A DNA stretch of 63,971 bases, filler included, from Octopus bimaculoides (GCF_001194135.2; 3 parts of 3 records of this genome joined end to end with filler, not necessarily neighbours in it); one strand, 5' to 3'; numbered from the whole stretch's first letter, positions 37,290-49,814 are shown. Notes: a model not told the origin generated them from the letters alone. Made by a program: numbers and translations.

Positions 37290-37525
37290 AATTCCACTTT
37301 TGCCGGTCGACTAAGTTTTGCTGGACGTAAACAAACCAACACCGGTCGTCAAGCAATGGCGGTGGGACAAACATAAAGACACACATATATGTCTACAGTT
37401 TCCGTCTATCATATTCTCTCACAAAGTATTGGTCGGTCCGGAGGCGGACGTATAGTAGAGGACACTTGCCCAAGGTCTCACGCACGTGGTAGAAAAGTGA
37501 GTTTCTTAACCATGCAGCCATTTAA
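37290..37525 (-). mobile_element. SINE family A, diverged
   Basis: GACACTTGCCCAAGG and TTGGTCGG motifs in reverse orientation. Confidence 0.65.
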
Positions 37526-37805
37526 TGTATAGACTTGAAGAAAATCGATAGGATGCGGTCTGATCAGGTTTCTATGCTGATTGATTTTTTTTCGTTTTGG
37601 CTCGAATTGATTATATTTTTGCTCAATCAGGATAATTATCAGAAAATAATTATCGGTTCCGAATAATATAAATCGATAAATAGATTCTGAACGAATACGT
37701 TTTAGTAAATTAAAAATAGACAGCGAAGTGGCAGAAGTGTCGTGAGTTCAATTCCTATTGAAGCAAACGATGATAGATAACATGCCATGCTGCATTTTAT
37801 TTTAG

Positions 37806-38153
37806 TTACCTTCGCCTTTGCGAAGGCGAAGGTATTGTTTTCAGTCGTGTTTGTTTGTTTGTTTGTCCGTGAACAAGATATCTCAAGAACTGCTGGATGG
37901 ATTCGGATGGAACTCTCAGAGATGTTTGGCCTTGTGACTGGCACGAACTGATTAGATTTTGGGATCGATCCGGTACTGGACAATGGATTATTTTTCCATT
38001 TTTTTTTACTAAATTTTTGATAACGGTCGGGTTCATTTTTAGTATTCTCGTTTATTTCAGGTATTCTCATTTTAAAAATCATCCTCGGTTAATCGTTGAG
38101 AGGACATTGGTGTTGCCTTGGTGGAGGTTTGTGCTCTTTGAGTGCTCTTGTTT
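37806..38153 (+). mobile_element. Complete Helentron-associated (HINE/DINE-like) non-autonomous element
   Basis: 5' hairpin TACCTTCGCC...GGCGAAGGTA, internal (GTTT)n, 3' subterminal GGTGGAGGT plus small hairpin ending GAGTGC; T-rich flanks. Confidence 0.6.
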
Positions 38154-38362
38154 ATTTTGTTATGAGACAGTTAAACGGAACCAAATCGTGTCAACATTGC
38201 AGATCCTAGAAAAGACGTCTGTCACGATTAACTATGAACGACTTTTTAGAAGGTCGCCATTTTTTTAGTGAATTTTTGACTTCGTTGTTGAGCATTTTGT
38301 TAGCGTGTGAATACATGTGAATGTATTTGTGTGGGCATGTGTATGCATCTGTATCTGCATTA

Positions 38363-38398
<36 letters not shown>

Positions 38399-38560
38399 CA
38401 ATATGTGTGCTGGGAATGGGTATGTCTGGGCTTGGTTGTGTGTATGTAACGTTGTTTGAGCATTACGGTGCTCGTTGAATTTTGTGTGGATGCATGTTGG
38501 TTTCTTACACATACATACACACATCTATATATGTGTGTATGTAGACATATATATGAGTTA

Positions 38561-39030
38561 TTTCTTTACAACCCACAAGGGGCTACACACAGAGGGGACA
38601 AACAAGGACAGACAAACGGATTAAGTCGATTATACCGACCCCAGTGCGTAACTGGTACTTATTTAATCGACCCCCGAAAGGATGAAAGGCAAAGTCGACC
38701 TCGGCGGAATTTGAACTCAGAACGTAGCGGCAGACGAAATACCGCTAAGCATTTCGTCCGGCGTGCTAACGTTTCTGCCAGCTCGCTGCCNNNNNNNNNN
38801 TTTCTTTACAACCCACAAGGGGCTACACACAGAGGGGACAAACAAGGACAGACAAACGGATTAAGTCGATTATACCGACCCCAGTGCGTAACTGGTACTT
38901 ATTTAATCGACCCCCGAAAGGATGAAAGGCAAAGTCGACCTCGGCGGAATTTGAACTCAGAACGTAGCGGCAGACGAAATACCGCTAAGCATTTCGTCCG
39001 GCGTGCTAACGTTTCTGCCAGCTCGCTGCC
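38561..39030 (-). mobile_element. SINE family C present as two identical 230-bp copies separated by N10
   Basis: 38561-38790 equals 38801-39030 base for base. Confidence 0.9.
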
Positions 39031-39479
39031 TTGCGAGTCATGTACATGAGTGTGTACGTTTACATATATAGAGAGAAAGAAAGAGAGAGAGGGGAAGGAG
39101 AGAGATGAGATGTATATATATAATATAATATAAAATATGTACATATATTATATCTATATATAGATACATATATGTATGTGTATATAAAAATTTTATTTAA
39201 TTACCTTCAAAATACTTCCCTTAGAAATTCACACACTTCTCATATGATGCGTTTAGAGAAGGGGGCAGTCAATTTGGGTACCACACGAGTCGGCCTAAAC
39301 CCATACTATCTCCATGCTACCCCACCGACAGGGTTTAACGCCGCTATTTTGCCCCTTGCGTAGTGCCTTTAGTGAATTTCACTTTGTTTCCAACCTTAGA
39401 GTTGGGTCTTCCGTTTGTGGAAACCTCTCGCTTTCCTCTCCTACAATTCTCAGAGGCCCTTAAAAGGACCATAAGCACT

Positions 39480-40135
39480 GCGAGCTCGTTTCGCGGTTTC
39501 ATCCCTTTCGGGGTCGATAAAACTAAGTACCAGTTGAATGCTGGGGGTCAATGTAACCGACTTACCCCTCTCTTGAAACCGCTGGCCTTGAGCCAAAATT
39601 CAAATAAGGCGGTGAGCTGGCAGAATCGTTAGCACGCCGGGCAAAATGCTTTGCGGCATTTTGTCTGTCTCTACGTTCTGAGTTCAAATTCCTCCGAGGT
39701 CGATTTTGCTTTCTATCCTTTCGGGGTCGATAAAATAAGTACCAGTTGAGCACTGGAGTCGATGCAATCGACTTACCCCCCCACCTCACTCTACCCCTTG
39801 AAATTACTGGCAAAATCGTTCGCATTTGTGGCATTTCGTCTGTCCTTACGTTCTGAGTTCAAATATCGCCGAAGTCGACTTTGCCTTTCGTCCTTTTTGA
39901 TATCGTTGAAAATAAATACCAGTCACGCACTGGGGTCGATGAAACTGACTAATCCGCAAAAATTTCAGGCCTAGTGCCTATGGCTGAAAGGATTATTTCA
40001 CAAGGTAGCTAATTGGCAGAATTGTTAGTAAACCGGGCGAAATAAGCACCAATTAAACACTAAGATCGATGTAATCGATCTACCCCTCCCCTGAAATTGC
40101 TGGCCTTGTGCCAAAATTTGAAATCAATATTCTTT
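39480..40135 (+). mobile_element. Four head-to-tail partial SINE family C copies
   Basis: Repeated TTTCGGGGTCGATAAAA.TAAGTACCAG and GGGGTCGATG motifs. Confidence 0.75.
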
Positions 40136-40766
40136 TCTTTATGCGCTATTTAAGTGAAGACATGTGGCACCCTGGTTAGAGTATCGTATTAATGATCGTA
40201 AAATCGTGGTTTCGATTTCTGTGCGAAGCGCTGCGTTGTGTCCTTAAGACACTTTGTTCCACATTGCACTACTACAGGGGACCGGGAATCGAACTCCATG
40301 ACCATACGTTCGTGCGTCCAAAATCCTAGCTACAGCGCCAACGCCTCTGCTCCCTCCTACTTTTCGTAAAATGTAATGGATAGCAACAGCAGCATCTCCC
40401 TCACAACCATAGTTACAGTATTAACGGCAGCGATGACAGTAACATTAACAACAATAACAACAGCAACAATAACAATAACGTTAACGACAATAGCAAGAAT
40501 AACAACAACATGCAAACACACCCACATTCACACAAACACTCACACGCGCACAAACTCTTTACACACACATACACATACAAACACACACATACACACATGT
40601 ATACATACACACGAGCAATCACACACAGACATACATGCACTCAAACATACACACACAAACACTCACGCACATACACACACATACATACACATTCAAACAC
40701 ACACACAAATACTCACAAACACCCACACACACTCATATACACACATATATACAGAAGCACACACCC

Positions 40767-40797
<31 letters not shown>

Positions 40798-41533
40798 CAA
40801 AAAACACACATATATGCACACACAAACACACACACAGACACACATACACACNNNNNNNNNNNNNNNNNNNNNNNNNNNNNNNNNNNNNNNNNNNNNNNNN
40901 NNNNNNNNNNNNNNNNNNNNNNNNNNNNNNNNNNNNNNNNNNNNNNNNNNNNNNNNNNNNNNNNNNNNNNNNNNNNNNNNNNNNNNNNNNNNNNNNNNNN
41001 NNNNNNNNNNNNNNNNNNNNNNNNNNNNNNNNNNNNNNNNNNNNNNNNNNNNNNNNNNNNNNNNNNNNNNNNNNNNNNNNNNNNNNNNNNNNNNNNNNNN
41101 NNNNNNNNNNNNNNNNNNNNNNNNNNNNNNNNNNNNNNNNNNNNNNNNNNNNNNNNNNNNNNNNNNNNNNNNNNNNNNNNNNNNNNNNNNNNNNNNNNNN
41201 NNNNNNNNNNNNNNNNNNNNNNNNNNNNNNNNNNNNNNNNNNNNNNNNNNNNNNNNNNNNNNNNNNNNNNNNNNNNNNNNNNNNNNNNNNNNNNNNNNNN
41301 NNNNNNNNNNNNNNNNNNNNNNNNNNNNNNNNNNNNNNNNNNNNNNNNNNNNNNNNNNNNNNNNNNNNNNNNNNNNNNNNNNNNNNNNNNNNNNNNNNNN
41401 NNNNNNNNNNNNNNNNNNNNNNNNNNNNNNNNNNNNNNNNNNNNNNNNNNNNNNNNTATATATATATGTTTCTATCTCTCTCTCAATTATTTCTCTCTCT
41501 TTCTTTGTCTCCCTCCATCTCTTTTTCTATCTG

Positions 41534-41570
<37 letters not shown>

Positions 41571-41847
41571 CTCTTTCTGTCTCTCTCAGTCTGCCTCTCT
41601 CTATCTCTCTCTTTTTGTCTACCTCTGTCTCTCTTTCTCTGTCTTCTTTCTCTTTCTTTGTCTCTGTCTCTCTGTGTCTCCCTTTTTGTCTGTTTGTCTC
41701 TCGTTCTATTTTCTTTTCATACACACACTCCTTATCTCAAATCAGTATGGAAGCCTCTAAAGCGGTCGCTCGACCTGCTAGAAATAACAGCCATATTTTC
41801 AACTTCTGCTCTACCCTTTAAATCCCGCTGCCACCGTCTTATCTATC

Positions 41848-41878
<31 letters not shown>

Positions 41879-42374
41879 CTTTATTTATCTGTCTGTCTGT
41901 CTATCTATCCTTCTCTGCCTCTTTTTGCCATTTATCTGTCTCTTTTACTCGTATTTCTCTGTTTCCGTTCTTTTCTCTCTCTCTCTCTCTCTCACTCTTT
42001 TTCTGTGTCACCTTTTATCTTCGTCCGAGTGTCTCCCTTCCTTTCTCTCTTCTTCTCTTCCCTTCCTCTCTCTATTTCTCTCTCTCTCTCTCTTCCTCTC
42101 TTCTCTCTCTCTGTCTTCACACACACACACACAGTATTCACGCCAGCCCCTTGATTTGAAATTCCGCAGGGAATTCGGCAGTCCCTCCCCCAATCAAGAA
42201 CAGGATCGGCTGGGATGGAAGAGAGAAACCGATGGAGCTGTTAAAGTGTCACATCGGATACCTTATTCCATTTGCTCAGGCTCATTGCATTCTGAGTTCA
42301 AATCCCAGTGTGGTAAACCCGGGTGTTAGACTTACTTCAATACCCTGTTGAACCTTCCCCCCCCTCCAGTCATT

Positions 42375-42515
42375 TGGTGGAGGCGCGTGGCCTAGTGGTT
42401 AGTGTGCTGCGCTCACAATCGCATGATCATTGTTTCAATTTCGAGACTGGGTGATGCGTTGTGTTCTTGAGCAAAACACTTCATTTTCGGGTTGCTCCAA
42501 GTCCACTCAGCTGAG
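42375..42515 (+). mobile_element. tRNA-derived SINE, body type E
   Basis: GGCGCGTGGCCTAGTGGTTAG head; TGTGTTCTTGAGCAAAACACTT...CCACTCAGCTG body shared with 57412-57742 and 63200-63430. Confidence 0.7.
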
Positions 42516-43199
42516 GGCTTTGGGGGTTATGCTGCTTAGCATGTTTTAGACCCATAATAATTTCAAAGCCAGAATAACTATTTCTACAGGTAAGCTCTGC
42601 GATCGATGGACATTGCGTTCAGGAGAAATGATGTGGTCTCGGCCACTTATGTGCGATGAAAACTGGGTAACCGGTCCCATATGTCTGATGAGCCAACACA
42701 GTAATGTCCAGGGGTTGTTGTTGTTGTTGTTGTTGACGATGATGATGACAAAGATTACGACGAGGATGACGGTAATGATGGTGATGATGATGATGATAAT
42801 CACGATGATGATGAACTTTTATTTCTGTTTGTTGTTAGTATTTGCCTCACTTTATAAATATGAAGTAATTATAAACACATGAGATTTTGGGCTTTAAATG
42901 ACATACACGTTTCCACGAAGTCAATTGTTGTAATCACATAAGCTGGTTGGCTTTATTACGTAATGCAACCTACTTACTTCTTCGGTATTCCTGGCAAAAA
43001 AAATACCATATAAAGCCTACAATACCAATCACGTTTTCTGTTTAATATTACTATAATGTGGCTTGAATTCTATCTACTAGTCTACTCGGAAATAATTTTT
43101 ACTATAAACCATGTTGAGTATGAGAGTGAGGCGTGGAACTATCTGCCGAAACCAAACCTTTTCGCGATGTTCCTCCCACTCCAGTACATTTTCAAGTAG

Positions 43200-43239
<40 letters not shown>

Positions 43240-43439
43240 NNNNNNNNNNNNNNNNNNNNNNNNNNNNNNNNNNNNNNNNNNNNNNNNNNNNNNNNNNNNN
43301 NNNNNNNNNNNNNNNNNNNNNNNNNNNNNNNNNNNNNNNNNNNNNNNNNNNNNNNNNNNNNNNNNNNNNNNNNNNNNNNNNNNNNNNNNNNNNNNNNNNN
43401 NNNNNNNNNNNNNNNNNNNNNNNNNNNNNNNNNATTATC

Positions 43440-43752
43440 ATTACTATTCATGCGCCCTTTTAAAGCCTAACCAGGCTCATGGGCTCGGTTTCCCAGTTTC
43501 TATGGCGTATGTGTTCTCCCCAGCTGGACGGGACGCCAGTCCATCGCAGCGTTACTCAAGAAACAGGAAGAAAGAGTGAGAGAAAGTTGGGGTGAAAGAG
43601 TACAACAGGGGTCGCCACCACCCTCTGCCGGAGCCTCGTGGAGCTTTAGGTGTTATCGCTCAATAAACACACACAACGCCCGGTCTGGGAATCGAAACCA
43701 CGATCCTCCGACCACGAGTCCGCTGCCCTAACCACTGGGCCATTGCGCCCAT
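43440..43752 (-). mobile_element. SINE with family B head and body but a different tail
   Basis: Intact tRNA-like head (TGGCCCAGTGGTTAG...GGTTTCGATTCCCAG); body matches 19052-19150; tail differs. Confidence 0.8.
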
Positions 43753-44000
43753 GTATGTATGTATGTATGTCTCTTCTGTTTTTAATCATTTAAATTCTTC
43801 CTCTGAAGAAGGAACTGGTTTCTAACCAAAGATACAAAGCTCTATCTTTGGACTGTAGATAACCAAAACAATGTCCCGTTTTAAACTTGAGAAAAGTCTT
43901 GCACAGTTTTATTGTTCCGCTTACAGATTGTATTTTGTAGTGTGCGAATCAATTGGCTAATTTCATTTTCTGAAAATCCAAGCTTATCCGAACTGACAGT

Positions 44001-44055
<55 letters not shown>

Positions 44056-44149
44056 NNNNNNNNNNGTGTGTGTGCACGTGTGTGTGTATGCGTAAGTACA
44101 GGTATAGCTGTGGATTTAAGAGGTTCACTTCACAACTACTAGGTATGTA

Positions 44150-44182
<33 letters not shown>

Positions 44183-44367
44183 GTATATACGTATATGTAT
44201 ACATATATATCTGTGGAATACTCAGTCAGTTAGACATTAATTCAAAAGCAGACAATTCAGTTGCTTCAACAGTTAATTCAGACAACAGAGATCCACCAAA
44301 ACTATAAGTGCATGTGTGTGTGTGTTTGTCTGCATGTGTGGATGTGGTGTATGTATGTATTTGTGTG

Positions 44368-44407
<40 letters not shown>

Positions 44408-44551
44408 TGTGTGTGTGTGTATTCGTTTTATAACAGCCATATAACTAACATTAACACTTTATCAGATCTCCACCCACCCACTCACTAAATGTAAGACTAC
44501 ACCACGATTGTTTTCAATAAATATTGTTTCGTCGTCTGTTTGTCTCTGCAG

Positions 44552-44697
44552 GTAACACCGGAAAGACCTAATTCCAGTGTCGCTCCACAGGTAACAGTTA
44601 TCGTGTTAACTGCTGGAGTTGTAGGTGGGCTTTTTATCGTACTGGCTGTCTTTATTATATGTAAATTCTGTGTGAAAAGGAAAAAATCTTTGAGGAG
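44552..44697 (+). CDS. Transmembrane exon of an unidentified single-pass membrane protein: VTPERPNSSVAPQVTVIVLTAGVVGGLFIVLAVFIICKFCVKRKKSLR
   Basis: TTTGTCTCTGCAG acceptor, GAG|GTAAGT donor, 146 nt, phase 0 to 2; ~24-residue hydrophobic helix followed by a basic stop-transfer KRKK. Confidence 0.9.
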
Positions 44698-44742
44698 GTA
44701 AGTGGCTATATCATTGTTATAATAATAATTATCATTATTATT

Positions 44743-44973
44743 GTTTTACTTCTCAGAACGTTCGGTCTTGTTTCTTCTGGTAGATTCTGTGAGCGCGGAC
44801 AACAACCTGCTGTCAAAGGTCTCACATGGTCTTATTCAGTATATCATAAACTTTGATATTTGATTGTTAACTATCGTGGGAGACATTCAAAATCCAAGTA
44901 CCAATCTCAAAATCCTAGCTGTCCCCAGCAGAGCAGTTTTTTGGGCTTGCTCTGCTCCCATATCAATTCCGTT

Positions 44974-44974
<1 letters not shown>
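44743..44974 (-). mobile_element. R4/Dong-like LINE 3' end (third family)
   Basis: AEQAQKTALLGTARILRLVLGF* plus 3' UTR, flanked by (ATT) and (ACT)(ATT) tracts. Confidence 0.7.
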
Positions 44975-45060
<86 letters not shown>

Positions 45061-45568
45061 GGAGTGAGAGAGCAGTGCATGCCATCAAAGTGACACTCGG
45101 GTAAAATATACGAAGCCCAGTATACCCATCATGACTATCTGTCTGTTAAGGGTACATCAGGCACATGCAACACAACCATATGTGTACCTCATAGTGATCT
45201 CATATTAAGATAAACAGCGCATGTCTTTGTAGGTGGGGGCCCAGTTAGAATTTTCTTCAGATCGAGTAGCCCATCCCACTCAAAAGGTTGTTTAAGGATG
45301 ATAGGTGTTTAACAAAACACCTATGTTTCCAGAGGTGAATTATCTAAACCCCAAAGAATTCCTCTCAACACATGGCTATGATGGCTCCTCCACTACTTCT
45401 GCTCGTGATCAGAGATGCACATATCGTCAGTCACCAAGGGACATGCTCAACTGACAAGCAAATCTGTGGTATTGAGCAGAATATTTGCTGTAGGCTATCT
45501 TTCATAGCAAGACAAAACAATGTAGATGATAATACTTCCAATCAGTTAAGATCAGAAGCCATGAGAGC

Positions 45569-45569
<1 letters not shown>
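45061..45569. mobile_element. Unclassified ~510-bp interspersed element embedded in (ATT)n
   Basis: Sharp boundaries with long (ATT)n on both sides; no credible ORF. Confidence 0.45.
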
Positions 45570-45626
<57 letters not shown>

Positions 45627-45751
45627 TTATGTTTGACTTTTGTTTTGCATTTGTACAAGTTGGATCCAAGTCTCACCCAGAGACCTCAAGAGACAACAAG
45701 TTAGAAGTTCATGTAGGTGTTATGCCTAGGGTACCATATATTTGGATTTGT
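45627..45751 (-). mobile_element. Probable RLE-LINE 3' UTR remnant with (TAA)n tail
   Basis: Abuts (ATT)n in the same geometry as the other R4-like ends; coding part not visible (gap). Confidence 0.4.
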
Positions 45752-45787
45752 NNNNNNNNNNCATTATCATTATCATTATTATTATTA

Positions 45788-45864
<77 letters not shown>

Positions 45865-45868
<4 letters not shown>

Positions 45869-46092
45869 CGGCGTGCTGGCAGAATCGTTAGCGCGCTGGA
45901 TGAAATGCTTAGCAGTATTTCGCCCGTCACTACGTTCTGAGTTCAAATTCCACCGAAGTCGACCTTACCTTTCATCCTTTCGGGGTGAATAAATCAAGTA
46001 CCAGTTAAACACTGGGATCGATGTAATCGACTGGTTCCACCCCCTCAAATTTCAGGCCTTGTGCCTAGAGTAGAAAGTATTATTATTATTAT

Positions 46093-46128
<36 letters not shown>

Positions 46129-46340
46129 GCGAGCTGGCAGAGTCGCTATCGCGTTGTACGAAATGCTTGGCGGTATTTTGCCCATCGCTCCGTTCTGAGT
46201 TCAATTTCCGCACAGGTCGACTTTGCCTCTCATCCTTTCGGGGGTCGATAAAATAAGTACCAGTTTAGTTCTGGGGTCGATGTAATCGACTCATCCCCCT
46301 GCTCCAAAATTGCTGCCCTTGTGGCAAAATTTGAAACTAT
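45865..46340 (+). mobile_element. Two SINE family C copies separated by (ATT)(AGT)n
   Basis: Consensus head and body in both. Confidence 0.85.
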
Positions 46341-47944
46341 TATTATTATTATTATTATTATTATTATCATTATTATTACTATTGTTGTTATTATTATTTC
46401 TTTGCAATATAAATGTTAAAATGACAGTAATGAAGGAGGTATCATATATATATATATATATATANNNNNNNNNNNNNNNNNNNNNNNNNNNNNNNNNNNN
46501 NNNNNNNNNNNNNNNNNNNNNNNNNNNNNNNNNNNNNNNNNNNNNNNNNNNNNNNNNNNNNNNNNNNNNNNNNNNNNNNNNNNNNNNNNNNNNNNNNNNN
46601 NNNNNNNNNNNNNNNNNNNNNNNNNNNNNNNNNNNNNNNNNNNNNNNNNNNNNNNNNNNNNNNNNNNNNNNNNNNNNNNNNNNNNNNNNNNNNNNNNNNN
46701 NNNNNNNNNNNNNNNNNNNNNNNNNNNNNNNNNNNNNNNNNNNNNNNNNNNNNNNNNNNNNNNNNNNNNNNNNNNNNNNNNNNNNNNNNNNNNNNNNNNN
46801 NNNNNNNNNNNNNNNNNNNNNNNNNNNNNNNNNNNNNNNNNNNNNNNNNNNNNNNNNNNNNNNNNNNNNNNNNNNNNNNNNNNNNNNNNNNNNNNNNNNN
46901 NNNNNNNNNNNNNNNNNNNNNNNNNNNNNATATTAATACTCTTTCATTTCTCTATCACTCTCATCTTCTCTTCCCTCACATCTTCCCTTCTATCTACTGT
47001 ACTCTGCACACAAACACACATCCACACACACATATACACACACACACACACACACGTCACACACACACACACACGTCACACACACACACGTCACACACCG
47101 CACTCAACACTTCCGGCATAAGAATGTATCAACATTTTTTTTTTTAATCACGAATCTTATTAATTTTCTCACATCGTCATTTATACAAGAACATTTTCAT
47201 GGAAGCCATAATTGGACAAGTTGCATGCTTCTCTTTGAAATTATCAGAATGGCACTTCTAGATATTTTCTCAAAAGACTCTGCTGCTGTTTATTCCAGTA
47301 GTGTTCTGTATATATACTTTTTTTTTTTACCACAGAAAAATTCTTGCTTTTCTTTCTTTTTTTTTGTTGACATATCGTGTTTGTTCTTGGATTTTTTTCT
47401 TTAAATTTTGATTTAGTTATTTCAGACACATCATTAACATCGTACTATCTAATATATCATATCAACGTTGAATGTTACCTGACTGCTACAGAATCTTGAC
47501 TGAATGCTTAAAAAGAAACTGTGAGAAAGAATCTTCCCTATACAAGAGTCACTATTTAAAAGAATAATACTTTGTAATACTAACAGAATGCTTAAACGAA
47601 ATGTATTAACAAGCCACTATACATGACATTACAAGGAACATTTAGAAAAATATCGACAGAATACCTGAACAGAATGTGTTGGAATTCTGTCACAGAACAC
47701 TACAAGAATTCTACAAATGATGTTAGAAAAACGCTCACGTTTGCATGTTTTGTCTGTTGTTCACGATGCAAGCAAGAAATAGGCGATTCGTAGTACAGCA
47801 CTATAGCTCTCTTGTTTCTTGTTTGTATCATGAAAAACGGTTAATTTTTTTTTTTTTTTTTGTTGCTTAAACAGTCCAACTAGCTGGGATTAATAATCAA
47901 GGTGTCTTCTTTAAAACGCCATTTTTTCTATTAACACTCTCACT

Positions 47945-48045
47945 CACCTGTTGTTGGTGGTGGTGTTGGCACTCCGTTGGTTACGACGACGAGGGTTCAA
48001 GTTGATCCAATCAACGGAACAGCCTGCTCGTGAAATTAACGTGCA
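47945..48045 (-). mobile_element. Isolated ~100-bp SINE-B/LINE-type 3' tail
   Basis: TTGGCACTCCGTTGGTTACGACGACGAGGGTTC...CAGCCTGCTCGTGAAATTAAC. Confidence 0.7.
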
Positions 48046-48171
48046 CGACGACGACGATGATGCAGCCTACGGGGGATTGCTTCTGGATCCATTATAAATG
48101 ATTTAAGCGATGGATGACCTTCACGAATAAGACATTAACCTAATAGCTAATTATGTTTGTTTCTATTGCAG

Positions 48172-48240
48172 CAGCCCGTCTCTGGAGCCCTTGCCGTCAT
48201 TTTGTCCTCAACAGTTGCTCACCATGGAGCCAGATCACAA
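48172..48240 (+). CDS. Cytoplasmic exon of the same membrane protein: (S)SPSLEPLPSFCPQQLLTMEPDH
   Basis: TTTGTTTCTATTGCAG acceptor, CAA|GTGAGT donor, 69 nt, phase 2 to 2, in frame with 44552-44697. Confidence 0.85.
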
Positions 48241-48599
48241 GTGAGTTTCCAGTTTCCCCTTCTTAAGTGCCTCAGTCTAAGTTCGTTCCCTGTGCCGCCA
48301 AAAATGACAACTAACTGTAGTATTTTATATAAAATATGGATGGTAAATCAGATTACTACACTTGTCAATGTTCACATACTTCCCGTGTACACGCACACAC
48401 ATACACACTTACATTCACACAGAGTTGAAACGCTGTTTGACTTTTCTTTTCAGCGTTGAGAGTTCACCATCCCACTACCAGTTTGCCATCACCCCCTTCA
48501 TTCCTTCCATCCTTATTCATCTATCACCCCTTCCTTCCTCATTCACATGTTGTGACGGAGAAAAACACAAGAGTGTTATTATAGTAGACAGTTTGGGAA

Positions 48600-49125
48600 C
48601 AGCTTTTGTTGTTGCTGTTGCTGCTGTTGTTATTGTCTTTATTATTATTGTTGTTGTTGTCATTGTGTCGTTCTTGCTGTTGCTGCTGCTACTGCTGCTG
48701 CTGCTGCTACTGCTTCTGCTGCTGCTACTGCTGCTGCTACTGCTACTACTGTTGTTGCTGTTGTCGTTGTTGTGGTCGTCGTTTTCGTTGTTGTTGCTGC
48801 TGTCGTCTTTGTTGTCAGCGATTTTGGTGCTGCTGCTATTTCTGCCGTTGTTGCTGTGGCCATTGTTGCTATTGTCATTGTTGTTGTTGATGATGTTGCT
48901 CTTTTCATTGTTATGCTGCTGTTGCTATTGCTATTGCATTTTTTTCGTAAGGCCGAAATCTCCCCACACCACTGTTACCATCACCCCGACCACCACCGCT
49001 ACCCCCATCACCCCAACCACCACCGCCACCATCACCCCAACCACCACCATCATTACCACCATTAACACCAACACCGCCACTGCTACCATCACCACCACCA
49101 CAACCACTACCATTAAAAACCACAA
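48600..49125. repeat. (GTT)/(GCT) repeats then (ACC)/(CAT) repeats with a ~24-bp triplicated subunit
   Basis: Direct reading. Confidence 0.9.
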
Positions 49126-49154
49126 TTACAAAAGATCCTCAGACATTAACTGAT

Positions 49155-49583
49155 GAATTTTCTCCACATTTCCAAAGTTGATGCTTGTGGCAGGTTTTCC
49201 AGATCGCTCATCATCTTCCGAGGACGTTCTTCCACTTTTGAAACGCTCATGCCACTCGAAACATTGTGTACAACCCATTGCCTCATCTCCATAAGTTTGC
49301 CGAAGAATTTCCTAATCTCTCTGCAGCAGATTTCCCACGTTTAACGCAAAATTTCACGTTGGCTTTTTGTTCCAACTTCATGTCCATGACAAAATCACAG
49401 ATTACAGCATACATGTAATCACCAAAACACAAATTTCCCAACTTGTGAAGTAAACAGAGCGATGTCACTCAGCACTCTTCCTCATGAAGGTCACTGCTAG
49501 CTCTCACTGCACACGCAACTATGTGCAGCCATCTGTTGGCATGCTGCAGAGCTAGTCTGGGAACTTTCTGATACCACCTCGTA
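49155..49583 (-). pseudogene. Mariner transposon 5' fragment with one TIR
   Basis: MKLEQKANVKFCVK.GKSAAE...QTYGDEAMGCTQCFEWHERFKSGRTSSEDDERSGKP (paired-like HTH); end TACGAGGTGGTATCAGAAAGTTCCCAGACT. Confidence 0.85.
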
Positions 49584-49734
49584 ATAGTACAACATTTATA
49601 GTAGTCCTACCATTCATAGAAGTACCATCATTTATAGTAGTACTATCGTTTCGTTAGTGTTCTGTCTTCGTTCAAGGTCAGCCTTGTAATTGGAGAGATC
49701 TTTTTTTTTATTTCTTATTTAATGTATGTTTCAG

Positions 49735-49814
49735 GGACCAGGAGCGATGTCTTGAGGACCAGGAACCATCAGAAAGAACCAAATTTAAAGAATCCATGAA
49801 ACAAATTAATGAAA
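49735..49814 (+). CDS. Next cytoplasmic exon: (K)DQERCLEDQEPSERTKFKESMKQINE
   Basis: TATGTTTCAG acceptor, AAA|GTGAGT donor, 80 nt, phase 2 to 1, in frame with 48172-48240. Confidence 0.85.

Noticed and set aside
38561-39030. Perfect 230-bp tandem duplication of a SINE
   Set aside because: Zero mismatches and an N10 spacer exactly between copies indicate unmerged contig overlap.
42655-42700. GAAA...GTC...CTGATGAG as a type-II hammerhead
   Set aside because: Extra A in the core, no helix II partner, negligible helix I; the region resembles a SINE tail.
48157-49153. ORFs 48157-48459 and 48362-49153 as genes
   Set aside because: The first overlaps the real exon in another frame; the second is trinucleotide-repeat translation.
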